This document shows, one piece after another, positions 50,066 through 60,709 of a stretch of 64,000 nucleotides of DNA. Below the pieces are notes generated by a model, which did no database searches, was not told the DNA's origin, and worked only from the letters and a program-made list of their open reading frames with translations. Each line of letters begins with the position of its first letter. The first letter of the stretch is position 1. Location of the stretch: NCBI GenBank assembly GCA_020445405.1, contig JAGRGQ010000004.1, positions 55,354 through 119,353 of the forward strand, read 5' to 3'. The stretch is from Gammaproteobacteria bacterium. Lineage in GTDB: Bacteria > Pseudomonadota > Gammaproteobacteria > Chromatiales > Chromatiaceae. The position numbers and the translations under genes were made by a program.

Positions 50066-51142
50066 ATGGGCGCAAGAGTAATGGTGATGGCTGGCGGCAC
50101 CGGTGGTCATGTCTTTCCCGCTCTGGCAGTGGCCGACGAGTTGCGCGCCCGTGGCATGGATGTGTTCTGGCTCGGCAACCCGAATGGATTCGAGGCACGC
50201 ATTGTTCCCGGTCATGGATTTTCGATGGAATCCGTCAGTATCCAGGGGTTGCGCGGCAACGGGCTTCGGCGTTGGTTGGCGGCACCATTCAGGCTGAGTA
50301 TCGCACTGATACAGGTACTGCTTGTGCTGCTCAGAAAACGCCCGCAGATTGCGTTGGGAATGGGGGGCTTCGTATCCGGACCGGGAGGATTCATGGCCAG
50401 ATTGATGGGAATTCCACTGGTAATCCATGAACAGAATGCGGTGCCTGGAATGACCAACCGCTGGCTGGCGCGTTGGGCCAGCAGAGTGGCGGAAGCCTTT
50501 CCAGGCAGCTTCGATGTCACCCGCAGGGCCAGCCTGACGGGTAATCCGGTGCGCTCGGATATTGCTGCGCTGGAGCCGCCGGAAAATCGCATGTCGGGCC
50601 GCTCGGGACCCTATCGTCTGCTGATACTGGGCGGCTCTCAGGGCGCTCGGGTGCTGAACGAGACACTGCCCGGTGCGCTGGCTCTGCTGGAGCCGGAAAA
50701 TCAGCCGTTCGTGCACCATCAGGCGGGCAGGAACAAAGCCGAAACGACCGCCCGTGCATACCGGGAAGCCGGACTCAAAGCGGAGGTCGTGCCATTCATA
50801 GAGGATATGGCTGCGGCCTATGCATGGGCTGATCTGCTTGTCTGTCGGGCCGGCGCCCTGACCATCGCCGAGGTTGCCGCCGCCGGCGTGGCAGCCATTC
50901 TCGTGCCCTATCCGCATGCAGTTGATGACCATCAGACGAAAAATGCCCGTTATCTGACGGATGCGGGGGCGGCGCTGCTGTTGCCCCAGTCGGAGATGAG
51001 TGCCGGGAGCCTCGCGCGTCTACTCGATACTTTGATGGGGAATCGGAAAAAAACGCTGGAAATGGCAATTGCTGCACGCAGGCTGGCGCTTCCGGAGGCG
51101 ACGCTCAGGCTGGCGGATATATGCGAAGAGGTGGCACGGTGA
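50066..51142 (+). CDS. murG: UDP-N-acetylglucosamine--N-acetylmuramyl-(pentapeptide) pyrophosphoryl-undecaprenol N-acetylglucosamine transferase
   Basis: MVMAGGTGGHVFPALAVADEL, GGSQGAR and DDHQTKNA. The start is placed at ATG 50066, just after the ftsW stop; the track ORF begins inside ftsW. Confidence 0.92.
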   Translation: MGARVMVMAGGTGGHVFPALAVADELRARGMDVFWLGNPNGFEARIVPGHGFSMESVSIQGLRGNGLRRWLAAPFRLSIALIQVLLVLLRKRPQIALGMGGFVSGPGGFMARLMGIPLVIHEQNAVPGMTNRWLARWASRVAEAFPGSFDVTRRASLTGNPVRSDIAALEPPENRMSGRSGPYRLLILGGSQGARVLNETLPGALALLEPENQPFVHHQAGRNKAETTARAYREAGLKAEVVPFIEDMAAAYAWADLLVCRAGALTIAEVAAAGVAAILVPYPHAVDDHQTKNARYLTDAGAALLLPQSEMSAGSLARLLDTLMGNRKKTLEMAIAARRLALPEATLRLADICEEVAR

Positions 51143-52584
51143 ATCGGCAGCGGGGTATACCGCACAAGCGGGCGGCGGAGTCGATGGGTCGTATTCGAAA
51201 ACTCCATTTTGTCGGGATCGGCGGTTCGGGAATGAACGGTATCGCCCAGGTAATGCTGAATCTGGGTTACCGGGTTTCGGGTTCAGACATTAAAACCAAT
51301 GCAGCCACCCAACGGCTCGCCGAACAGGGTGCGGTGATCCACTCCGGGCATGACGCATCCTACGTCGAAGGCAGTGATGCGGTCATCATCTCAAGCGCCG
51401 TAAAAGAGAGCAATCCTGAAGTGGCGGTGGCGCGCCAAAAACGTATACCGGTGGTTCCCAGAGCCGAGATGCTGGCTGAACTGATGAGGTTTCACTACGG
51501 TATCGCCGTGGCCGGTACCCATGGAAAGACGACCACCACCAGCCTGGTGGCCAGTGTTCTTGCCGAAGCCGGCCTGGATCCCACATTTGTTATTGGCGGG
51601 CGACTCAATTCAGCGGGAACCCATGCCAGGTTGGGTGCTGGTGAGTATCTGGTCGCCGAGGCGGACGAGAGCGATGCATCGTTCCTCTATCTGCAGCCGA
51701 TGCTGGCGGTGGTAACCAATGTGGATGCAGACCACATGACCACCTATGGTGGGGATTTCAATCGTCTGCGCCAGACATTCATCGAGTTCCTTCACCATCT
51801 GCCCTTTTATGGTCTGGCAGTGCTCTGCATTGATGATGCGGAGATCCGGGGATTGCTTGGCCGGGTAACCAGGCGGGTTACCACATACGGTTTTTCGCCC
51901 GGAGCGGATGTACGGGCTGTTGACGTCAAGCAACAGGGATTGAGTACCTTTTTTCGGGTTGAGTGCGCGTCGACAGATCGGTTTGATGTAACGCTAAGGA
52001 TGCCCGGGCGGCATAACGTGCAGAATGCGCTCGCGGCGATATCCGTTGGGCTCGAGCTTGACTGCAAGGTCTCCTCGATCCAGCGCGCATTGGCCCGTTT
52101 CGAAGGCATCGGACGTCGTTTCCAGACGGTTGAATGCAGTTTGCATGATGGTGGCAGCATTATGCTGGTGGATGACTATGGACACCATCCCAGAGAGATT
52201 GAGGCAACCCTCTCTGCGGTGCAGGAGGGCTGGCCCGGCAGGCGTCTGGTGGTGGCCTTCCAGCCGCACCGGTATACGCGTACCCAGGAGCAGTTTGATG
52301 ATTTCGTGCAGGTGCTTTCGCGCCCCGACGTATTGTTGCTGGGTGAGGTATACGCAGCCGGAGAGCCCCCCATACCGGGCGCCGACGGTCGCGCACTCAG
52401 TCGGGCGATACGGGCGAGAGGCCAGGTGGCCCCGATTTTCGTCGATCCCATTTCAGAACTGCCGGGTGTCATTTCCGGAGTGGTCCGGGCGGACGACATC
52501 GTCGTTGTCATGGGTGCGGGGGATATAGGCGCTGTTGCGACGGAATTGCCGCGCTACTTTAACAACAGTGGGGAAGGGGCATGA
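51139..52584 (+). CDS. murC: UDP-N-acetylmuramate--L-alanine ligase
   Basis: IRKLHFVGIGGSGMNGIAQVMLNLGYRVSGSD and AGTHGKTTTTS. A GTG at 51139 overlaps the murG stop (GTGA) and gives an E. coli-like N-terminal extension. The alternative start is ATG 51184. Confidence 0.9.
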   Translation: MNRQRGIPHKRAAESMGRIRKLHFVGIGGSGMNGIAQVMLNLGYRVSGSDIKTNAATQRLAEQGAVIHSGHDASYVEGSDAVIISSAVKESNPEVAVARQKRIPVVPRAEMLAELMRFHYGIAVAGTHGKTTTTSLVASVLAEAGLDPTFVIGGRLNSAGTHARLGAGEYLVAEADESDASFLYLQPMLAVVTNVDADHMTTYGGDFNRLRQTFIEFLHHLPFYGLAVLCIDDAEIRGLLGRVTRRVTTYGFSPGADVRAVDVKQQGLSTFFRVECASTDRFDVTLRMPGRHNVQNALAAISVGLELDCKVSSIQRALARFEGIGRRFQTVECSLHDGGSIMLVDDYGHHPREIEATLSAVQEGWPGRRLVVAFQPHRYTRTQEQFDDFVQVLSRPDVLLLGEVYAAGEPPIPGADGRALSRAIRARGQVAPIFVDPISELPGVISGVVRADDIVVVMGAGDIGAVATELPRYFNNSGEGA

Positions 52585-52739
52585 AAACCACGCTACGGGA
52601 AAGAGTGCATCTGGGCTGCGGTGAGTCATTGGCTCCACTGCATGGCGGGAGGAAGGCGCGTCCGGTGGCGAAACTTATGGGTGCAAAATCCGGAACTACG
52701 ATGCCGAAGGAGACAATGCGAGGGGGCGGACGCAGGTGA
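52581..52739 (+). CDS. candidate 52-codon small ORF filling the murC-murB gap (unverified)
   Basis: Below the ORF-track size cutoff. Manual translation gives MKTTLRERVHLGCGESLAPLHGGRKARPVAKLMGAKSGTTMPKETMRGGGRR. Its ATG overlaps the murC stop (ATGA at 52581-52584). Its TGA (52737-52739) overlaps the murB GTG/ATG starts. It is preceded by a purine tract, GGGGAAGGGG. It contains several rare-looking codons (CTA, AGA, AGG, CGA, GGA). Confidence 0.2.
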   Translation: MKTTLRERVHLGCGESLAPLHGGRKARPVAKLMGAKSGTTMPKETMRGGGRR

Positions 52740-53644
52740 TGGCAGCGATGAAGCAACAGCCGTTGCGGGGAGAATTGATGCTCGACGTTCCGCTCTCCGG
52801 CTACACCAGTTGGCGTGTTGGAGGGGCTGCGAAATGTTTGTACCGACCGGCGGACAGTCATGATTTGATCGAATTTTTACGGCAACTCAAAGTGGGTGAG
52901 CCGTTGTTGTGGCTGGGGCTGGGTTCCAATCTGCTGGTTCGCGATGGTGGATTCAACGGCACCGTTATCACTACCCAGGGATCTCTTGAGAGACTGGAGA
53001 TGCAGCCGGACGGCGTGTTGTACGTCGAGGCCGGCGTCTCCTGTGCGAAGGTTGCTCGCTTTGCTGCGCGGCAGGGTAGGGTGGGCATCGAATTTCTGTC
53101 AGGAATTCCTGGAACCATGGGTGGAGCGCTGGCAATGAATGCTGGCGCCTTCGGTGGAGAGACCTGGGGAGCGGTTCTCTGGGTGGAGACCGTGGACCGA
53201 ACCGGTTGTGTGCGCCGGCGCGACCCCTCCCGGTTCGAGGTTGGATACCGGCAGGTAAAAGGGGCCGAAGGGGAGTGGTTTCTCGCCGCCGGTTTACAAA
53301 CGCAACCCGGGGACGTGGCTGCCGGGCAGCGGAAAATCAAGCAGTTACTGGCAAAGCGCTCCGAGACCCAACCAATCGGTTTGCCCAGCTGCGGCTCCGT
53401 ATTCCGTAATCCCGAGGGAGACCATGCTGCACGCCTGATTGAAGCGTCGGGGTTGAAGGGTGAGCGTATTGGCGGAGCGGTGGTATCGGACAAGCACGCG
53501 AACTTCATTATCAATACAGGTAATGCCACTGCCGGCGACATTGAGTCTCTGATCAATCTGGTGCGTGATCGGGTCGAGGCGGCCAGCGGAGTTCGTCTGC
53601 AACCTGAGGTGCACATGGTAGGAGAGAGGAGACCGGGACAATGA
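52736..53644 (+). CDS. murB: UDP-N-acetylenolpyruvoylglucosamine reductase
   Basis: PLSGYTSWRVGGAAKCLYRP, LGLGSNLLVRDGG, GIPGTMGGALAMNAGAFG and CGSVFRNP. The start is ambiguous (GTG 52736, ATG 52739 or ATG 52748). Confidence 0.9.
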   Translation: MMAAMKQQPLRGELMLDVPLSGYTSWRVGGAAKCLYRPADSHDLIEFLRQLKVGEPLLWLGLGSNLLVRDGGFNGTVITTQGSLERLEMQPDGVLYVEAGVSCAKVARFAARQGRVGIEFLSGIPGTMGGALAMNAGAFGGETWGAVLWVETVDRTGCVRRRDPSRFEVGYRQVKGAEGEWFLAAGLQTQPGDVAAGQRKIKQLLAKRSETQPIGLPSCGSVFRNPEGDHAARLIEASGLKGERIGGAVVSDKHANFIINTGNATAGDIESLINLVRDRVEAASGVRLQPEVHMVGERRPGQ

Positions 53645-54564
53645 TAAAAAGCGCATCTGAATTCGGTAAGGTGGCGGTTCTCATGGGCGGTCAGTCGGCG
53701 GAGCGGGCGGTCTCCCTCGACGGCGGCAAAGCGGTGCTGGAATCGCTGCTGCGCAGCGGTGTCGATGCGGTCGGCATCGACGTGCGCGGGAGTGTGCTTG
53801 CCCAGTTGCAGGCTGGCGGATTCGATCGGGTTTTCATTCTGCTGCACGGGCGCGGCGGCGAGGACGGCGTGATCCAGGGAGCATTGGAGAATATCGGTCT
53901 GCCTTATACCGGCAGCGGAGTTGCCGGTTCAGCGTTGGCTATGGATAAGTACCGCTGCAAGCTGTTGTGGCGTGGGCTGGGTCTGTCGACGCCGCCGTTT
54001 GCGATGATCCGGAGCGAACAGGATCTGGATGCTGTTGCGGCGCTTGGCTTTCCACTGATGATCAAGCCGGTGCATGAAGGCTCAAGCATCGGTATGGCCA
54101 AAGTTGAAGACCACGCGGAATTGCATTCAGCCTGGCGAGCGGCAGCCAGCTATGACAGCGAGGTGATGGCGGAGCGTTGGATTACCGGTGCTGAATTTAC
54201 CGTCGCGATTCTGGGCGGGGATGCCCTGCCGGCAATCCGCTTGGAAACACCTCACCTGTTCTATGACTACGATGCAAAGTATCACGCAGACACCACCAGC
54301 TACCATTGCCCTGCAGGACTTCCGGAAGATCAGGAAAAAATGGTCAGGGATCTTGCGCTCGCCGCATTCCAATCGGTCGGCGCCAGTGGTTGGGGCCGGG
54401 TCGACATGATGATGAATTCGGACAATGAGCTGTTTCTTATCGAGGTTAATACCGTTCCGGGAATGACCAGTCACAGCCTGGTGCCGATGGCAGCCCGGGC
54501 GGAGGATATTGATTTCGATCAGCTGGTTTGGCGGATTCTTGAATTGAGCATGGCGGAGCGCTGA
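53641..54564 (+). CDS. ddl: D-alanine--D-alanine ligase
   Basis: KVAVLMGGQSAEREVSL-like N-terminus, HGRGGEDG, KPVHEGSSIGM and EVNTVPGMTSHSL. ATGA overlap with murB. Confidence 0.92.
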   Translation: MIKSASEFGKVAVLMGGQSAERAVSLDGGKAVLESLLRSGVDAVGIDVRGSVLAQLQAGGFDRVFILLHGRGGEDGVIQGALENIGLPYTGSGVAGSALAMDKYRCKLLWRGLGLSTPPFAMIRSEQDLDAVAALGFPLMIKPVHEGSSIGMAKVEDHAELHSAWRAAASYDSEVMAERWITGAEFTVAILGGDALPAIRLETPHLFYDYDAKYHADTTSYHCPAGLPEDQEKMVRDLALAAFQSVGASGWGRVDMMMNSDNELFLIEVNTVPGMTSHSLVPMAARAEDIDFDQLVWRILELSMAER

Positions 54565-55391
54565 TGGCAGCTGGCAAAAACAGGGGCGGCAACGACGGAT
54601 ACCTGGAGTTTCTGCAGCGAGTGCAATGGTCGAAGGTGGGCCGCTGGGTGTTGGCCTTACTGCTGTTTGGAATCATCGGAAGCGGTGGCGTATGGGCGGT
54701 CGATAAACTGCGGGATCCCAGGATCCTGCCATTCAAGGTGGTTCGCATAGACGGTCAGCTCAGGTATCTGAACCGAGTACAGATAGAAAAGAGCGTGGGT
54801 GGCGAGATCAGGGGGAACTTTTTTACCGTCGATGTGGAGCGGGTACATCGTGCGGCCAAGGCACTGCCCTGGGTTGATCGGGTCAGCGTGCGGCGGGTCT
54901 GGCCGCAGACGCTGGTGGTCAGAATCACCGAGCAGGTTCCGATGGCGCGGTGGGGCAAACACCAGTTGGTCAATCCGGCCGGGGATATCTTCACGCCGTC
55001 ACCAGACGAAATACCCGAAGGTCTCCCCTATTTGCATGGACCTGCCGGGAGTTCGCGAGAGATCGTTGCGCATTTTATCGATCTTAAACCGAGAATGGCG
55101 CTTCTCGGGCTTGAACTGGATCGTTTGAACATCGATGAACGTCGCTCCTGGAAGCTGGTATTCGCAGGTGGAATGCAGCTGTATCTCGGCAGCAAGGAGA
55201 TCGAGACCAGGTTGCAGCGATTCATATCGATATTCCCGCGAATCCAGGCAGGCAAGGGATCCGACAGCAAACTGCTGGATGTCGACCTGCGCTATACCAA
55301 TGGATTTACGTTGCGACGGGAGCAGAACCAGAAATCACCGGATTCGGATATTCCTGGGCCGGTAGCTGAGACACAGTCAGGGCGGGTTTAG
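54564..55391 (+). CDS. ftsQ: cell division protein FtsQ
   Basis: 275 aa, with a single TM segment followed by POTRA-like V.I.G......I........G.NFF..D region (VVRIDGQLRYLNRVQIEKSVGGEIRGNFFTVD). Canonical position. Confidence 0.85.
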   Translation: MAAGKNRGGNDGYLEFLQRVQWSKVGRWVLALLLFGIIGSGGVWAVDKLRDPRILPFKVVRIDGQLRYLNRVQIEKSVGGEIRGNFFTVDVERVHRAAKALPWVDRVSVRRVWPQTLVVRITEQVPMARWGKHQLVNPAGDIFTPSPDEIPEGLPYLHGPAGSSREIVAHFIDLKPRMALLGLELDRLNIDERRSWKLVFAGGMQLYLGSKEIETRLQRFISIFPRIQAGKGSDSKLLDVDLRYTNGFTLRREQNQKSPDSDIPGPVAETQSGRV

Positions 55392-56627
55392 ATGACCAAG
55401 AAGGCGGAAAAAAACCTCATAGTTGGATTGGACATCGGCACGTCGAAAGTGGTTGCGATCGTGGGCGAGGTGAAGCCGGATGGCGAGATAGAGATTATCG
55501 GCATCGGATCACATCCTTCCCGTGGATTGAAGAAAGGCGTAGTGGTGAATATCGAGTCAACGGTGCAGTCGATTCAACGTGCGGTGGAGGAGGCGGAATT
55601 GATGGCTGCGTGCGAAATCCACTCAGTCCATGCGGGTATCGCCGGAAGCCATATCCGGAGCCTCAACTCACATGGGATCGTTGCAATCAAGGACCGGGAG
55701 GTGACTCACGGAGACATGGAGCGGGTGATTGATGCTGCCAGGGCGGTTGCGATTCCGGCGGATCAGAAAATCCTGCACATCCTGCCGCAGGAGTTCATCA
55801 TCGATGAACAGGAGGGGATCAAGGAGCCGGTCGGCATGTCCGGGGTGCGTCTGGAGGCGCGTGTGCATATGGTTACCGGCGCGGTCAGTGCAGCGCAGAA
55901 TATCGTCAAGTGCGTACGTCGCTGCGGACTGGACGTCGACGACCTGATTCTCGAGCAGCTCAGTTCCAGCTACGCGGTGCTGAGCGAAGATGAAAAAGAG
56001 CTAGGCGTCTGTCTGGTGGATATCGGGGGCGGCACCACCGATATCGCGGTTTTCACCGAGGGATCCATTCGTCACACCGCGGTTATCCCGATCGCCGGGG
56101 ACCAGGTCACCAACGATATAGCGGTGGCAATGCGTACCCCCACGCAGTACGCCGAGGATATCAAGATCAAGTACGCCTGCGCACTCACTCAGCTGGCTGC
56201 CAGTGATGAGACCATTGAGGTGCCCAGTATCGGAGACAGGCCGGCAAGACGATTGTCACGGCAGACTTTGGCGGAGGTAGTTGAGCCGCGCTACGAAGAG
56301 TTGCTGACGTTGATTCAGGCTGAGTTGAGACGCAGTGGATTCGAGGATTTGATCGCCGGCGGTGTGGTGCTTACCGGCGGCAGTTCAAAAATGGAGGGGT
56401 TGATTGAGTTGGCAGAGGAGATTTTTCACATGCCGGTGCGCCTGGGCGTGCCGCGTTATGTCACTGGATTGGTGGATGTTGTCTGCAATCCGATTTACGC
56501 GACTGGGGTCGGGTTGCTGCTGTTCGGGCAGCACAACCGGACAAGCCGGTTGCGCGAATCCCCCGTCGGAGGCGGTTTCCGATCGGTTTGGGAGCGTATG
56601 AAGAGTTGGTTTCAGGGTAACTTCTGA
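55392..56627 (+). CDS. ftsA: cell division protein FtsA
   Basis: LIVGLDIGTSKVVAIVGE, VDIGGGTTDIAVF and GVVLTGGSS. Confidence 0.95.
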   Translation: MTKKAEKNLIVGLDIGTSKVVAIVGEVKPDGEIEIIGIGSHPSRGLKKGVVVNIESTVQSIQRAVEEAELMAACEIHSVHAGIAGSHIRSLNSHGIVAIKDREVTHGDMERVIDAARAVAIPADQKILHILPQEFIIDEQEGIKEPVGMSGVRLEARVHMVTGAVSAAQNIVKCVRRCGLDVDDLILEQLSSSYAVLSEDEKELGVCLVDIGGGTTDIAVFTEGSIRHTAVIPIAGDQVTNDIAVAMRTPTQYAEDIKIKYACALTQLAASDETIEVPSIGDRPARRLSRQTLAEVVEPRYEELLTLIQAELRRSGFEDLIAGGVVLTGGSSKMEGLIELAEEIFHMPVRLGVPRYVTGLVDVVCNPIYATGVGLLLFGQHNRTSRLRESPVGGGFRSVWERMKSWFQGNF

Positions 56628-56706
56628 TTTACCCGGCATAACAGAGTTGATCTAAGGGTTTATTCGTCGGTGGTCAGGGACCGGCAAGTTTTTGAGGAGA
56701 GAGGAA

Positions 56707-57900
56707 ATGTTTGAGTTGATGGATTCGTACAGTCAGAATGCGGTGATTAAGGTTGTCGGTGTCGGTGGCGGCGGTGGAAACGCCGTCAATCATATGCTGG
56801 GTGCCAGTATCGAGGGTGTGGAGTTTATCTGCGCCAACACAGACGCCCAGGCGTTGAACAACAGCGACGTGAAAACTGTATTGCAGTTGGGCTCCAATAT
56901 CACCAAAGGGCTGGGGGCCGGAGCCAATCCCGAGGTGGGCCGGGAAGCGGCACTGGAAGACAAGGAGCGCATTCAGGAAGCGCTGCAGGGCTCGGATATG
57001 GTCTTTATCACCGCGGGCATGGGCGGCGGCACCGGTACCGGTGCCGCACCGGTGGTGGCGGAAGTGGCGAAAGAGTTGGGAATACTGACCGTAGCGGTGG
57101 TTACCAAGCCTTTCCCATTCGAAGGCGCCAAACGGATGGAAGTGGCAAATCAGGGAATAGCACAGCTCAGTAAGTACGTTGATTCACTGATCACCATTCC
57201 GAACGAAAAATTACTCGCTGTGCTGGGCAAGGATATGAGCCTGCTGAACGCGTTCAAATCCGCCAATGACGTACTGCTGGGTGCTGTCCAGGGAATTGCC
57301 GAGCTGATTACCAGGCCGGGCCTGATCAACGTCGATTTTGCGGATGTCAAAACGGTGATGGCGGAGATGGGTGTGGCCATGATGGGATCGGGTTCGGGCC
57401 GCGGAGAGAACCGTGCGCGGAATGCCGCGGAAGAGGCGATTCGCAGTCCGTTGCTGGAAGATGTCAATCTATCCGGGGCCAAAGGCATTCTGGTGAATAT
57501 CACCGCAGGTCTGGATCTTTCCATCGGCGAGTTCGACGAAGTGGGCAGTACCGTCAAGGAGTTTGCCTGCGACGACGCCACTGTCGTGGTGGGCACCGTC
57601 ATCGATCCCGAGATGACAGATGATCTTCGCGTGACCGTGGTGGCCACTGGATTGGGCGAACAGGGTGCCGTCAAGCGTCCTGCACCGGTGTTGCATGAAG
57701 CACCACCCGTCAAGATCGCAGTCAATTCGGGTACAGCCGAATCCGGCGCGGTCGATTATCGTGACATGGAGAGCCCAACCATCATCCGACGCGACCGTTT
57801 GGCGGACCGGCAGGCGGCCAAATCCTATGTGAACGCTGCGCAGCAAAAAGAGATGGATTATCTCGATATTCCGGCATTTCTCCGACGGCAGGCAGATTGA
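56707..57900 (+). CDS. ftsZ: cell division GTPase FtsZ
   Basis: MFELMD...[41 protein letters not shown], and the C-terminal [14 protein letters not shown]. The ATG at 56707 is preceded by GAGGAGAGAGG. Confidence 0.97.
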   Translation: MFELMDSYSQNAVIKVVGVGGGGGNAVNHMLGASIEGVEFICANTDAQALNNSDVKTVLQLGSNITKGLGAGANPEVGREAALEDKERIQEALQGSDMVFITAGMGGGTGTGAAPVVAEVAKELGILTVAVVTKPFPFEGAKRMEVANQGIAQLSKYVDSLITIPNEKLLAVLGKDMSLLNAFKSANDVLLGAVQGIAELITRPGLINVDFADVKTVMAEMGVAMMGSGSGRGENRARNAAEEAIRSPLLEDVNLSGAKGILVNITAGLDLSIGEFDEVGSTVKEFACDDATVVVGTVIDPEMTDDLRVTVVATGLGEQGAVKRPAPVLHEAPPVKIAVNSGTAESGAVDYRDMESPTIIRRDRLADRQAAKSYVNAAQQKEMDYLDIPAFLRRQAD

Positions 57901-58117
57901 ATGTAAGTTGTAATAAACTTGCAAACAACTAGGTAAACTGGTATTTATTCGGGATTACCCTAATGCAAGCTTAGGAAAAGGGTCTATTAGGGGACAGATT
58001 AGGCCACTATTTTCTGGGATATGTCTCGTCAAGCTGACGATCCCGTTGGATAAAGCGGATAAACTGTGGCGTGTGCTTCAAGCCTGAAGTTTCGCCAAAG
58101 GATATAGTGAAATCAAT

Positions 58118-59029
58118 ATGATACGCCAGCGAACACTGAAAAATGTTATCCGTGCGACGGGTGTTGGACTGCATACCGGGGAGAAGGTTTTTCTGACCCT
58201 CAGACCGGCTGCGGTCAACTCCGGCATCGTCTTCAGGCGGGTTGACCTGGACCCGCCTGTTGAAATAAAAGCTTGTCCTGAGAATGTCGGGGACACGCGA
58301 CTGTCGACCACACTCCATAGCGGTGGCGTAAAGGTCTCTACCGTCGAGCATCTGCTGTCCGCATTTGCGGGTCTCGGAATAGACAATGCCTACGTAGACG
58401 TCAGCGCACCGGAAGTGCCGATCATGGATGGCAGCGCCGGTCCTTTTGTGTTCCTTATCCAGTCTGCCGGCGTGGAGGAACAGAACGCAGCCAAACGCTT
58501 CATCCGGATAAAAGAGAGAGTCTCGGTAGAAGACGGCGACAAAAGTGCGGCGTTTGAACCCTTCGATGGGTTCAAGGTTACATTCGCCATCAATTTTGAT
58601 CATCCGGCATTCACCGAACGCACTCAGTTCTCGTCTATCGATTTCTCCTCGACATCCTTTGTGAAAGAGGTAAGTCGCGCCAGAACCTTCGGTTTCCTGC
58701 AGGAGATAGAGATGCTGCGTGAGAGCGAACTGGCACTGGGCGGCAGTATGGACAATGCCATTGTGGTAGATGAATTCCGCATTCTCAATGAGGATGGCCT
58801 GCGCTACGAGGACGAATTTGTTAAACACAAAATCCTGGATGCGATAGGCGATCTCTACCTGCTTGGCCACAGCCTGATCGGAGCATTCAACGGCTACAAA
58901 TCCGGTCATGCGCTCAACAACCGGCTTCTCAAGGCGCTGGTGGAAAAGAGATCCGCCTGGGAAGAGGTGACGTTTGAGGAAGGCGATCGCGTGCCTATCT
59001 CCTACATGAAACCGATACACGCAGGCTGA
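58118..59029 (+). CDS. lpxC: UDP-3-O-acyl-N-acetylglucosamine deacetylase
   Basis: [24 protein letters not shown]..., [24 protein letters not shown] and SGHALNN. Confidence 0.95.
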   Translation: MIRQRTLKNVIRATGVGLHTGEKVFLTLRPAAVNSGIVFRRVDLDPPVEIKACPENVGDTRLSTTLHSGGVKVSTVEHLLSAFAGLGIDNAYVDVSAPEVPIMDGSAGPFVFLIQSAGVEEQNAAKRFIRIKERVSVEDGDKSAAFEPFDGFKVTFAINFDHPAFTERTQFSSIDFSSTSFVKEVSRARTFGFLQEIEMLRESELALGGSMDNAIVVDEFRILNEDGLRYEDEFVKHKILDAIGDLYLLGHSLIGAFNGYKSGHALNNRLLKALVEKRSAWEEVTFEEGDRVPISYMKPIHAG

Positions 59030-59112
59030 GGGAGCTGCTGGGGAGCGCGGTTTGCGCTAATTGTCACTGCCAATTCGAATGGCGGTGATGTCCGCTTCAT
59101 CCCGCGGATCGT

Positions 59113-59546
59113 TCAGCGACCGTGACGGGACAGCCGCTTGAGAGCCCGTCGTAATCCGGGGTCATCGATGGTCTCAGCCGTTGTTTCGATAACGTCGGCG
59201 TTTGCGCGGCTAAGATGCCGTTCTGTGTGCGGGCCGCCCCGCCTGCGTCCTGATTGGAGGAAGACACGAACAGTAATCTTCCGGATCTCCATGCCCCTGC
59301 TGACAAGACGACCGCGCAACGTACGCGAGCCAAACCGCAAACGGCTTGCCCAGGCCGGTGAATCGGCATAGAGGATGAGCTGTTTGTCATGCATCAGTGT
59401 GGCTAACAGATGCGCATTCACAGACTCTTCGAGTTCCCGCTTCACCAAAGCAAGCAGAGCAGATTGCTCGCGTATCTGCGCAACGAGTGAAGCGGCGGCA
59501 GTCGAAACGTTCAAAATTTCAAACAGGGCTTGGGGTGTTCTGGCCA
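59113..59546 (-). CDS. DUF721/DciA-like protein
   Basis: About 144 aa. The pattern LL...H..LILYADSPAWASRLRF.......L...G..I..I.VRV is typical of DUF721. Its position between lpxC and secA matches Pseudomonas. The start is ambiguous (ATG 59546 or GTG 59556). Confidence 0.55.
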
Positions 59547-59648
59547 TATCACACACTATTTTTGATTTAAAATGAGAATTTCTATACCATTAATTTTTTG
59601 ACCCCAAAAACTTTAATAATTTCATATCAAGCTGGCAGAGCAGATTAT

Positions 59649-60566
59649 ATGAAGGTCAACTTCCAGAGCAAGTCGCGTAAATTCCCAAGTCGCCTCAGTT
59701 TCAGCCGGCAGCTGCTGGTCACTGCGCCTGTCGTTGCGCTGTTAACCGGCGGTTCGCTATTGGGGGGATACCGGCTGGGGATTGAGGCCGGCGCCTCGAC
59801 CCCGTTTGACGAGACTGGGGTTTTGCGTTTTCATCAAGAGATTGACAGGCAGCGTAAAGACCTTGAGGAGGCGCGTCTTCAGGCGCGCGCTCACCTGGAT
59901 GCGATAGCGCTGCGCCTGGGCGATATGCAGGCGGATCTGCTGCGCATCGAGGCGCTGGGAGAGCAGCTGGTGAGAGTGGGTGAGCTGGACCCGGAAGAGT
60001 TCAATTTCGAAGAACCTCCGCCTCGCGGTGGCCTGGATCCATCGCCGGACGCGGTTTCCCTGGAGCTGCCCGAGCTGCAGTCGGAAATCGATCTTTTCTC
60101 CCGCAGCATTGCTGATCGTACCCATAAAATGGAGCTGATCCAGGGACTGTTCATAAACGGCAGGATCCAGCAGGAGATAGAGCCTGCGGGGAGGCCGGTC
60201 GAGAAGGGCTGGATCTCCTCCAACTACGGCTACCGCAAGGATCCGTTCAATGGCAGGAAAACTTTTCACCAGGGTGTGGATATAGCCAGCAAGCGGGGGT
60301 CGCCGGTGCATGCGGTGGCGTCTGGTGTGGTTATGGAAGCGAGGAAAAAATCGGGCTATGGCTACTATATAGAGATAAATCATGCTGATGGATTGGTGAC
60401 AAAGTATGCCCATAACAGCAAGGTATTCGTTGAATCCGGAGACCTGGTAGAAAAGGGAGATATCATCGGACTGGTTGGATCGAGTGGCCGCTCGACCGGC
60501 CCCCACGTTCATTTCGAGATCAGCCGCAACGGTAAAAGCATCAATCCATCCAGTTACCTCGAGTAA
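59649..60566 (+). CDS. M23-family metallopeptidase with an N-terminal TM segment and coiled coil
   Basis: FHQGVDIA (HxxxD), GYYIEINHADGLVTKYAHN and GRSTGPHVHFEI (HxH). The start is placed at ATG 59649; the track uses TTG 59598. Confidence 0.85.
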   Translation: MKVNFQSKSRKFPSRLSFSRQLLVTAPVVALLTGGSLLGGYRLGIEAGASTPFDETGVLRFHQEIDRQRKDLEEARLQARAHLDAIALRLGDMQADLLRIEALGEQLVRVGELDPEEFNFEEPPPRGGLDPSPDAVSLELPELQSEIDLFSRSIADRTHKMELIQGLFINGRIQQEIEPAGRPVEKGWISSNYGYRKDPFNGRKTFHQGVDIASKRGSPVHAVASGVVMEARKKSGYGYYIEINHADGLVTKYAHNSKVFVESGDLVEKGDIIGLVGSSGRSTGPHVHFEISRNGKSINPSSYLE

Positions 60567-60709
60567 AATTACGCTCCAATTTGTATCTGTTTCCGAGCGC
60601 CACCAGTTGGGTGTCGCAGACAAAATCCGCTCGGGAATCGAACATCTATGACCGAAATTAAGGTATCATCCGTTATCTTTTTGCCACCAACGATGGAAGT
60701 CCCGGATTC

